In this document: positions 13,471 to 24,251 of the stretch, piece after piece
Layout: each line of letters begins with the position of its first letter
Numbering within the stretch: position 1 is the stretch's first letter
Source: Takakia lepidozioides
Lineage: Eukaryota > Plantae > Bryophyta
Direction: 5' to 3'
Assembly (NCBI GenBank): GCA_030704615.1
Contig: CM060731.1
Coordinates: forward strand, 71,672,001 to 71,736,000
Length of the DNA stretch: 64,000 bases
Program-made: the position numbers and the translations under genes
The notes under the pieces: model-generated
Databases searched by the model: none
What the model saw: the letters and a program-made list of their open reading frames with translations, nothing else
Told to the model about the DNA's origin: nothing

Positions 13471-13550
13471 GTGCAGCAATATTGGGGGATGTTGCTCTGA
13501 GCTCCGCAGCCCAGCCTCTTAATCTGCTGCATGCTGTGAGACCAACATAA
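11184..13550 (+). CDS. PLS-class PPR protein (PPR3): 6 repeat units, truncated after E1, no DYW
   Basis: Close paralog of PPR2. After CRIHYNVEMAER the frame runs into non-PPR sequence. Confidence 0.92.
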   Translation: MGRWSTGRAAQLMKLATSTMTIASERGPREGVHNASSGTSGHVGMVCEAGRLKDALQTLNEGGISADADTYICLLHECIKMKGLEAGKQVHAHIIQSGFKPNVFLHNTLVNMYVKCGSIVDAHRVFNRMPQRCLITWNIMMAGFAKHGCGRNALETYEQMMQEGVRPNHITFVCVCNACASLAALGKGKEVHGDIIKYGIVPNVVLNTALMNMYAKCGSIKAAKGVFDKMAERDVVSWNVMLAGYAQQGHGMEALETYEQMMWEGVKPDHITFVCVCNACASLAALEKGKEVHSDIVKARIVPDVILNNTLMDMYAKCGNIEDAKGVFDNMAERDVVSWNAMITGYAQQGRGMEALETYEQMMREGVKPNHITFVCICNACTSMASLEKGKEVHGDIIKAGIVPNVILNNTLVDMYAKCGGIEDAKGVFDHMAERNVVSWSAMIAGYVQHGCGMEALETYDQMMQDSVKPNHITFVCICNACASLSALEKGKEVHGDIVKAGIVPNVVLNTALVDMYAKCGGIEDAKGVFDHMAERDVVSWSAMIAGYVQHGCGMEALETYEQMIQQGVHPNHVTFLCVCNACASLAALEKGKEVHGDIVKAGIVPDVILNNTLVDMYAKCGSIEDAKGVFDHMAERDVVSWNTMMAGYAQHGYDMEALQLLEEMQVEGLKQDSITFLCVLSACSHAGLVDEGKYYFDSLSQDHGITPAVEHFGSMVDLLGRAGRLDEAEDFIKKMPMKPNAVVLRALLSACRIHYNVEMAERAAILGDVALSSAAQPLNLLHAVRPT

Positions 13551-14489
13551 GAAGACAGGACATCTGGAGAAAGCTGGAATACTCTGCCACACCTATCAAT
13601 AAGTGAGAGAGGCGCAGAACATAATTTTTTTGATCCCACCCACACATTCTGTCAGCAGTAAGACTTTCAGAAACTTTTACAGTATAACATAAAAGAACCA
13701 AATGAAAGAGTGAAGTCTTGACGTCTTGACCTCATTCACTGCGTATCACAACATCGTCACCATGCCTAGCAGCACTAGCTACTTCTACTGCCCACTGACT
13801 TCATAACATCCAGAGTTGTAACATATCAAAACTTCTGCAGATTTTTCTTCATCCAAGCAGTACATGCCAGTGAAGAGGCTAAATTTCAAGAGTCACTTTA
13901 GCTGTCTTTGGCTCATCATAGGCAATACCAAGTGAGCATAAAGCCAGTGTGAACCAGACCCACCTTTCCTGATCTACAAATGGCTCGGTAGAAGAAAATC
14001 ATTGAAGTAGAACTAATGTAGTGTCAATTGTGCCTTTTTTTCTGTAAGTCTATCATGAAAAGACTCTTTCCTGATCATCTACACTCGTTTCAAGATCATA
14101 TTGACACTAAGAGAGATTCCACCTGCTGGGGTGCCAGGTACCAGGGTGGTAACAAGTACTAACAACCCTTTCACAAATCCAATCACGTAGTATCTCCTAT
14201 TTTGTCATCTCTCGATTCTCCGATCGCAAGGTCGCCATTTGGAAAGCAGGCTCTGCTGACCCGTTAGTCAAGCTTATTACTAGACTTACGTCTGCTCAAG
14301 CTTATTTGCATCTCCTTCTGGGTCCCTAGCATTGGCGGTGCCAGTTGCCTTTACCAGGGGCAATCTTTCCGAGCATGGCCACGAGTGGGGCTTTTCAAAG
14401 GATCCAAGGAATAATACCTGAATTTCCTGCAACCCTGGGGCAGGCGTAGCTTGCAGGAGGATTAGGAGGTACACATCTTTTGCCCAACA

Positions 14490-14770
14490 TGATACGCACT
14501 CCATGTCCTGATGAAGCCCACCTTCTTTAGTCGCAATGTGGAGAAGAGTCGCAGTATCCTTGAATGGCCTCTCCCTACAGTGAACGTTTTCGAGGATTAT
14601 GACTCAGGATTCGGCTCTGACTACGATTAGGACTGCACTCCGACCTCTGCTTCGGCTGACCAAAACCAGATCCAAGTTGAGATGGAATGATATCCAGCAC
14701 ATCGAACAGTGACACGATTTCATGCATTGTGAAAGTGAACTTGGCTTTGCGAACAATATGATATGCTCTC
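14490..14770 (-). pseudogene. Duplicated fragment of the neighbouring SC35 gene (RS-domain exon plus upstream intron)
   Basis: 14536-14770 aligns with 24641-24880 (gactacgattaggactg, ccgacctctgctt, ggctgaccaaaaccagatccaa, ttgagatggaat). Confidence 0.85.
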
Positions 14771-15753
14771 AGGGAACAATGTGATAGCAACTTGCGTACG
14801 AACACCATACCAGCCGCGGGATGGGTAGCCCACCATTGCTGCGGACTACTTATGAAGTGTCTGGTGTCTGGCTAGGTGAAAAACGGCAGAGGAGAGAGAC
14901 TGACTTTGTCAGCAGACTGAGAATTTTCTGCCGCGCAGGGAGTCCTTCCTCCCCGTGTACACAATGGAGAAGCCATGGTGCATTCTTAAACCCTGCCCCC
15001 TCGTGTCTTTCGCAAGGAGAGAGTGTGCTCCGACATCTTCCTGAGCGCGGAGGCAGTGGAGTGGCCATGCCGTCTTCTTGCGGTGAATGGGTCGGAGGTA
15101 TATCACCGTGCAGCAGATTAAGTGGGCAGGCTATGGAGCCGAAATGGCCATTGAGCTTGGAAATGCCGGGCCCGAGACTCTTGGAGATGATGGCCATGAC
15201 GGCTTCCCAGCCGTGGAAAAAAGGTACATACAAGAAAATCTGTCTGTTTTTTGTGGGTGATTAAATTTAGCGATCTACAGTTCTTGCTCACTCCGAGTAG
15301 AAATTACACTCCTTCTGGTCGAAGAAGTCCACTCAATTGTTATATTAAAGCTGTAGACGAACGTGAGTGCACTCCACACCATCGCCCCAGGTACATCAGC
15401 TCCTCGAGTTTCTCCTGATACAAGTGCGAGAAAGTGCTAGACCTTAGCGTTTGATTTGCTGTGATGCCTACGCCATTATGTGAATTAAGAGGTGCTAAAG
15501 CTCTATGCTTCAGTGGTACTTGCATGCAGGCCAAGAAGAACAACTCTGGCAGGAGTTTTTATTAAATCCTTCACAGTGGTGGGACAACATGTTCGATAAG
15601 GTGAGGCTATCTTTATTGAGGACCTGAACGACTTTGTCAAAGGGGGTTTAGGATGGATCCTGGCCTATGTGTTTCCTTCATGTTATTGTGAGTAGCTTGT
15701 TCTTGGTCTGTTCTTGTTCTGTGGTTGTTCTATGCGAGACTGTGCTTCGAACT

Positions 15754-18700
15754 ATGGCTGCTGAGCTAACCACTGGTGATTTTCACAGAAAAGTTCAAAG
15801 TCACCAAAACACACAATGGAGGACATTTGGATTGCGGGTTCGTGGAACCGGCCTAGGGTGAAGGCAGAGCTAGCTGCCATGATACAATGGCGAGCACAGT
15901 TTGGTGATGGTCCAGATTATAGTCGAAGCCCCAAGTCTGGTCAAACACTGGGTGTGGACCATGTTTCATACCATCCACGGTCAGCCTGGCCTGAAGAACA
16001 GACAGAGAGAGTCAACAAGAACGTTTCTAGCACTTGTCGGGATGTGAGGACGGCATGTAAGGCAGGACGACTGAAAGAGGCGCTGCACATTTTGTACCAT
16101 CAAGGAATTCGGGCAGACTCTAATACATATGTCTGTCTCTTGCAGGAGTGTATCAAACTGAGAGGTCTAACAGAGGGAAAGCAGGTGCACACCCACATTA
16201 TCCGAAGTGGATTCAAGCCAAACATATTTATGCTCAACACTCTTCTCAACATGTATGCCAAATGTGGGAGTGTGCTGGGTGCACGCCAAGTGTTTGACAA
16301 AATGCCTGACCGAGATTTGTTCACATGGAATATGATGATAGCAGGATACACCAAGCATGGGTGTGGTGAGGAGGCTTTTAAGCTGTATGAGCAAATGCAA
16401 CAGGAAGGGGTGATACCTGACAGGGTCACGTTCACTTGCATTCTCAATGCGTGTGCCAGCCTAGGAGTGCTGGAAAAGGGCAGAAAGGTCCATGCTCACA
16501 TCAGCAAAAGTGGAACTGCACCAGATGTCATTCTGCAGAATACCCTTATTGATATGTATGCCAAATGCGGGAGTGTAAAGGATGCTCGGCAAGTGTTTGA
16601 TAATATGGCTCAACATGATGTGGTCTCATGGAGTGCAATGATAGCCGGATATGCTCAGCATGGGTATGGTAGGGAGGCTTTCGAGCTATATGAGCAAATG
16701 CAACAGGAAGGAGTGATACCAGACAGGGTTGTGCTTACTTGTGTGCTCAGTGCATGTGCTAGCCTTGGTGCCCTTAAAAAGGGCAAAGAGATTCATGCTC
16801 TTGTCATCAAAGCTGGAATTGCGCCATATATAAATTTGCAGAATAGCCTTGTCGACATGTATGCCAAATGCGGGAGCATAGAAGATGCACGTCTTGTGTT
16901 TGACAATATGGCTGAACGGAATGTGGTCTCATGGAATGCGATGCTTACAGGATATGTTCAGCATGGTTTTAGTAGGGAGGCTTTGAAGATCTATGAGCAA
17001 ATGATACAGGAAGGGGTGACGCCTGACAGGGTCACATTCATTTGCATTCTCAATGCTTGTGCTAGCCTGGGAGCCCTTCAAAAGGGCAGAGAGGTCCATG
17101 CCAACATCATCAAAGCTGGAATTGGGTCGTATATAAACTTGGAAAATAGCCTTGTTGACATGTATGCTAAATGCGGGAGCATAAATGATGCTCATCAGGT
17201 GTTTGAGAAAATGCCCACACGAAATGTTGTCTCCTGGAGTGCGATGATCACTGGCTATGCTCAGTGTGGGTGTGGTAGGGAGGCTTTTGAGATGTATGAG
17301 CAAATGCGACTGGAAGGAGTGACACCCAACAGGGTCACATTCATATCTGTCCTCAATGCTTGTGCCGGCCTCACAGCTCTTGAAAAGGGCAAAGCTGTGT
17401 ATGCTGACATCATCGAAGCTGGAATTGTGCCAGATATCATTTTGGAAACTGCCCTTGCTGCCATGTATGCAAAGTGCGGGAGCATGAAGGATGCACACGA
17501 AGTCTTCAGCAATATGGCTGCAAGAGATGTGGTCTCATGGAGCATGATGATCGCAGGCTATGCTCAGCTTGGGTGTGGTAGGGAGGCTTTCGAGATGTAT
17601 GAGAATATGCGACAGGAAGGGGTGATGCCCGACAAGGTCACATTTATATGTGTTCTTAATGCGTGTGCCAATCTGGCAGCACTGGAAAAGGGCATGGAGG
17701 TCCATACTGACATCATCAAAGGTGGAGTTGAGCAAGATGTCATTCTGGAAACTGCTCTTGTGGACATGTATGCCAAATGTGGGAGCATGAAGGATGCATG
17801 GCAAGTATTTGAAAATATGGCTGAACGAGATGTGGTGTCATGGAATGCGATGATTGAAGGATATGGTAACCATGGATTTGGTAGAGAGGCTGTCCAACTG
17901 TTTGAACAGATGCAACAGGAACGCCTGAAGCCGGATTGTATCACCTTCATATCTCTTCTATCTGCATGTAGCCATGTGGGCCTATTGGATGAAGGCCATC
18001 ACTACTTTGATTCCATGACCCCAGATTATGGCCTCACTCCTACAGTGGAGCATTTTGGCTGCATGGTGGACCTTCTTGGCCGTTCAGGGCGATTAGATCA
18101 GGCTGAGGTCTTTGTAAAGAAAATGCCAATGGATCCTGGTGCTTCAGTGTGGGGAGCCTTGCTTGGTGGCTGCAGAATTCATGGTGATGTGGAGCTAGCT
18201 GAACGCGTGGCGAATCGCCTTCTCGAGTGGGAGCCACAGCATGCTTCCACTTACGTACTACTATCCAACATCTATGCTGCCGCTGGCAGGTGGGACGATA
18301 AAGCAAAAGTGCGAAAAATGATGGAAGACAGGGGGGTCAAAACCGAACCAGGCCGTAGCTGGATTGAGGTGGACAGCGTAGTGCATACATTTGTTGTAGA
18401 AGACAAGTTGCACCCTCAAATTGATGAAATCCATGCTGAGCTGAAGAGATTGTCTGAGATGATGAAGGAGGCTGGGTATGTGCCTGACACACATTTTGTG
18501 TTGCATGATGTGGAGGAAGAGATAAAGGAATCTTCTCTTTGCCACCACAGTGAAAAGCTGGCCATTGCTTTTGGGCTGATCAGCACTCCCCCTAGGACGG
18601 CTATCCGCGTATTTAAGAACCTTAGAGTATGTGGCGATTGCCACACTGCCACCAAGTTCATCTCCAAGGTTGTTGGGCGTGCAGTTGTTGTAAGGGATGC

Positions 18701-18755
18701 CAACCGCTTTCACCACTTCCAAGATGGGGTTTGTTCTTGTGGGGACTACTGGTGA
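15754..18755 (+). CDS. Intact PLS-E-DYW PPR protein (PPR4), canonical C-to-U organellar editing factor (DYW:PG type)
   Basis: ORF 15816-18755 has PG box (EPGRSWIEV), HSEKLA, CGDCH and terminal DYW. The homologous ATG at 15754 is one base out of frame. Confidence 0.97.
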
Positions 18756-20001
18756 AATGAACAACATGCATGCATGAAAATGCGCCATTGGCAAAGTGAG
18801 ATTAGAAAGTTCAATTTGTCATAATTTTTCTGAAGCAAAGAATGAGGTTTAACAAAATGGATTGTCGCTGAATGGGACAGTGAATACTGTTCTGTGAGCT
18901 GCCTAGTCTGGTTATCACAAATTAAGCATCATCATTGAAGTCATGCCACAGTACTTGTTGCTAAGGACTTGAAGGAACATCATACAAGTTAACATCATAC
19001 AGATGCATGGGCTGTTTTGGAAGCTATGGGCATGGTTGACTGGAAAATATTCCAAGATGCTGTTGTCGTTAAATTCCGGGATCAGTAAGAATGAAGAAAT
19101 GCTGAAGGTGCCCAGGTTGAAAGCTTTTGTACCAAAAATTGTTCTAGGCTAACAGGGGGATTCCTACGAGATTATGTAACTGGGGACAGTATCTTGACAC
19201 CCTCGTGTCAATGTAAGCTTCTGACCTTTGATCGGACCTTTGAGCATCATGGTGCCAGCTTTTGCTTGACAGGTTCACAACACTGATGATTTTTAAATCT
19301 TAGAAATTTAGATATTTGCAGCGCCAACATTCTGATACTGCTAGAATGAGGTCATCTGCACTCTCAGGCAATCAATCTCGAAGATCGGAAGATTTAGTTT
19401 CTGTTTCGAGAAGTAGAGTCCGACTCCAGATTGTGCTCCAAGGCGGGATGTTCCAAGCGGATTGGCCCCTAGGCTCGCGCCGAACCATTGGGTCTTCGCC
19501 GCGGCGACACAAAGCCAGGTGAGTCGAGGCGCCGCCTCGGTTTGAAGCTGTGAGTTTGAGAAAGAGATCTGTGGGCCCGCTTGCCTCTTCACTGGGGTCA
19601 GGAATCTTTGACGGACTTCAAGGCACTCGTTGACGTTTTATAAGTATCCTTGGTCCATCCTAGGACAAGCCAGTTCTTTCTCGTCTTGTCTTCACTGAGC
19701 TTCTATGTCTGGCGGGTTGCTGTGCACCGTGTACCCTCCTCTTCAATCGAATTGCGTGGGGGTGAGTAGAAGAACAGCATTTCTATTTTGAACTGTGAGT
19801 ACTATGAATTTCTGAAACAAAGGAATGCAAAGCCCATCCTACATTGGGTTTTACTCTGGTGGTTCGTGTGTAGGAAACTCTAGCTACTTCCGTTTTGAAA
19901 TGATAGGAGGTGAAATCGCTAGTCAGGCTAGCAAGGAATCAGGCCATCTGTGCATGTCTAATCAGTTATACACTGTTTATCGGTCTGTGTCGCAGAAAGC
20001 C

Positions 20002-21088
20002 ATGACTACCAAAGTGAAGCCTGCTATTTTCTTTCATGGAGCAGCTACAATAGCTGCGTTCTTGTGTGTTGTGGGCAATGTGGAGGGCGTGCTATTTTCG
20101 TCTCTTCCAAAGACTTTTGTGGTGAAGGCCGGCATTAATGGCCAATATTCACCTTTCCAAGGTAATTCCTCGAGCTTCTCTCTCAATCCCCTTCCTTAAT
20201 GCTCCCTTGACTCTATGTATTCCATCATGCTGGACTTTTTTTTCCCGACCTTTGCTGTCGTTGGGTTTTGTAGTCATACGCTGAATTGAGTGTCCCTTCC
20301 TATTCCTTCGGAAATCGAATTTAGCAACTCCTTTGCACATTTTCTTGGAGACTGATGTGGTTATCTTCCACATGAGATCCCTACGAGATAGAGAGAAGCC
20401 TGCACAGCAACTAGAGAGACTGTGTATACACAGAGAATACGAACAAAGATAGATAGACAAATTCTTACAGCAGAGACTTGTATAAAAATCTGCTACCACA
20501 GAGAGATAAGCGGGTGAATTACGGAAGAGGAAGAAAATTATTCAGAAAGAGAACACGCTGATGCATGCATACTCGGAAGAGGCATTGATGAAGGCCTGGA
20601 TGTGGTTCGCAGTTGCAAAGGCAGGCATCGATCAGCTCCATGTGCAGTGGGTGCTGAATGGAACGGGAGTAGATTCAGGGTACAAGAAGGTGAAGAGCAA
20701 GCTGTGCTTCGCCCCTCTAAGCCAGATTGACAGAAAGTGGAGAAAGGCAAACGACGATCTCACAATGGACAAGACATGTCCACAAGACATCGCCATACAA
20801 GCTTACACTCCAGCAGGAAACTCCAGCATCTTAACCATTCCCAAAAGCACCCCCGGAGCTTCATACTTTGTGAGGGTATATGCCTTGGATGCATCTGGCA
20901 ATCAGGTGGCCGTCGGCCAGACAACCAACAGCAACAAGACCACCAATATATTTGTAGTGGAGCCCATCACAGGAAGGCATGCTTCTATTGATATTGCTGT
21001 TGCTGTTTTCTCATGCTTTTCAGTACTTTCTTTACTCTCTTTCTTTGTCGTAGAGAGGATGTTAATGAAAGGCAAGAAGCAGCAGTAG
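20002..21088 (+). CDS. NAR2: High-affinity nitrate transporter accessory protein NAR2/NRT3; exons 20002-20161 and 20613-21088
   Basis: Signal peptide then GVLFSSLPKT; phase-1 GT-AG intron; KLCFAPLSQIDRKWRKANDDLTMDKTC, YFVRVYALD, ITGRHASIDIA and a C-terminal TM helix. Confidence 0.95.
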
Positions 21089-24000
21089 CTGGAAGCAAGT
21101 TGGGGGAAGGGTGGGGGAAGAAGAGGGGGCTGTTTCCATTGAAGCTCAAGACACTGCTGGAAGCAGTTTACAGCAAAGTAGGGTAACTTGTACAGAAAGC
21201 AATCTGTCTTATACAATTCTGACACTACAAGCATCTTTCAAATACCTTAATTTACAGTCCCATGTAGTAGCTTTCAAACCAACTTGGATGTTGTATGATG
21301 ACCAGGTCATTTTAAGGTGTTGCTTGCAGACATGCATATAGTTGGCTGACTGTCCATGAATTGACGCATAGAAAGTGTAGAGCTTCCATGATGATCAGGA
21401 CAACCCAATTTCAAAACCCAATATCTTCTTCTGCAGCTAGTCTTTCAACTTATTCATCATGTATCACAGTTGAGACTTGAGATTACTGCTTGACAGAACT
21501 GTCATTATTGTGCTGAGGCCCACAAAACTAACAGTCCACTCAGCTATGAAGCTGTAGACTTTGACAGAAAGGATGGAAGGATGATCTCTACCAAACAGAA
21601 AATGACACTAGAGCTGACCAATTCAAGTCATTACATAAACTCGCATCAAAGCCAGCATCCTGGCCCCACTGACTTGCAAGTCTAAGACCTTTCATGACAG
21701 AAAACTTAATACATGCATCCATACCAGCACATTAGCCAAATTCCACCACCGGTTGTTGCTAATCCAGAACTCTATAAAACGCATCGCTTCCATATCCACA
21801 TCTCTTGCCCGTAAGTAGTGTTCACAAAAGGCAGTAGCGCGGATGCAATATGAGTCTCCACGATAGGTTTAGCCAGCCCCAAGCGCCATGTTTAATTTAA
21901 GGGTTAACAAGATGTACAAGCTACGGTAGCACATTATGACTTACCTTTCATGTTTTGGTATTTTGTATTGTAGACGACTCAAACATAGGCCAATCACCAG
22001 AATCTACTCATAGGATGTTGTTTGGCGTATAAGCCAAGTGACAGAAAAAGAAATTAAGACACAACTTTTGTTGAAGCTCGCCACAACAAAAGCTCTAATA
22101 ATCACAGGACTAATCAACTTGCCAATGTAGACACTTACAACAGTCAGCATGGACGATGTGAGCTAAAACTATCCCCCAAAATTTCCAACACTACGTGTCA
22201 CAGTGGTTGAAGTAGCTGCTAATGTATCTTTCAGAAACTACATCCTCCATGACAGAGTCATCTGGCTCAATGAGGGAAGCTTGAATATATCCACCAAGGA
22301 GAATTAAACTAACTCCACAAACCGTCCTGCCTTTCTCTAATGCAAATCACCTCTGACCGAGAACTCTGTAGTTAGTATTTCACTGACAGCCAATGATCAA
22401 GTAGTCCAGGCTATAAATTTTCTGGCTAAACTGGCTCCTGCTGAAGATGTAGCACTCTTTGAACTGGAGTACTACAGAACTCACTCCATGCAGGACAGGG
22501 GAGTAGAACTTATCAGGTGACAGTGACTTTAGTTTCTGGCCTTGTTGGCACGTGGCTGCAGAAAAGTCATGATTGGCTGGAAATAGGGCAAAAAGAAGAA
22601 ATACAACGTAGACAGACCCATCCAACTATGAAGATCACAACAGGAAAGCGAATGATGTATCTATAACCAAACTTTTCAGGGCAACCGTGCACTGGATCAT
22701 AGATTGCCACAACTGCAGTGAAGTATGGATTGGACACAAGGCTGGAGCCCAGTAGTACTCACTCAAGAAGAACATGTTGTGGTCTGAGATATCTGCAACA
22801 GGGTTCACCTTTCACCACCTCTACTCTAAACTGAAGAATCTTCCAGTGGCAGCAGCATTTGTCACGAATAACATCCAAGCTCCAGGAGTTAGTCAACGTA
22901 GGAAGTGCTGCAAGCTGCTTCCGATTAAGAAACATGACCAGTCATGAGCATTTCAGGTGCAATAAAAGTAGAAAATAGTTCCGTGGTCGGTTGATCAGCC
23001 ACTCAGTCAGTCAGTCAGGGTGTAACAGTAATGCAGTGCAAGCAAAACACTTAATACCTTCAGAGGCAAAGCTGCACACCCAGTAGATATCTCATTAGAC
23101 TGCTTAGCACCTGCCCAGCCTGCCTCCAATCAGTGAGTAGAAGAGTGATGGATGTGACTGTTGTTGAAATGCATATGGCATATTAAGGAAGAACAGCAGC
23201 CAGCAGCAACAGCACAATCTGCTCCAACACTCCTCTCAGCTACGCAGCTACGCAGCAGCTCAGCAGCAGCTGTCATCCATGCAGTAACCACCAGCCACCA
23301 CAGCACAGCTACCACACCAGCAGTGTAGTGGTCCCACGGCCCCACTCAGCACTATCACAATGACCAGGTATAAGATTCCACATCATGTCAGACTACTGTC
23401 GTACCATTTTCACACTACTCAAAATTCTTACACAATGGAGTCAGCTCCAAGATGTCCTCTCCTACATATTTGATAGGTGAAACGAGACAGAAAAAACCTT
23501 AACCCTCTCTCCCCAAGGCACAGCTAACTGCTAGCAAGCTGATTGGCAAAAGTGCTCATCCGACTGAGCCACACTCAGCCAGACCACACTGCTTCGAGTC
23601 CACTACAAAGATAACAACATAACTAAGCTTACAACAGAAACGTGATCCAGGTAAACAAGACTAACCAGCCAACACATCCACAATGGTGAGGCTTAAAAGG
23701 CTACATCCCCCGACTGTTCAGCCTTGCCCAAGTCCTCAAGACCAGCTTGCAAGTCGAGCCTGCACCTACCAACGCAACTCCCTCATACATCCCCCTCTCC
23801 GCCCCATCATTCTCTCTACAAATCTCGTGTTTCCCGTGTCCAGTAACCACCACTTGACGCTTACGGCTCCTGCACAAATCCGCAACCCAAATCTCAACCA
23901 TTACATGGTGTTAAACAGGTCCTGTGTTGTTGGCTAGAGCATGTCTTGGAAACAAACTACAAATGTGCTACTTGTTAGTTGAGTGCTTTCTAAAGGCAGT

Positions 24001-24251
24001 AAGCTTCTGCACAGGGACAGAAGGTCGCTCCGGAGCATATCTTACAACCTGGAATCCAGAACTTTACAATGTGGTTTCATCTCCAGAAAGGAAACTCGAG
24101 GTACTTAGGTGACAACAGTGGTGGTAAGAAAAAGCCTTTCTGCCTTCCCCTGCAGTGATAACTACAGGAAGACTACACTCAAGAAGCTCATGCAATCCTC
24201 TGAGGGAAGAGGAAGAGGAATCCAATGAATCCAAGGTGGGTGGCACTGTAC

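Noticed and set aside
18330-18755. Possible U-to-C (DYW:KP) editing factor
   Set aside because: It has a canonical PG box, HSE, CxxCH and DYW end, so it is the C-to-U type.
23130-23345. CAG-rich ORF
   Set aside because: Low complexity, no homology; probably non-coding sequence downstream of SC35.
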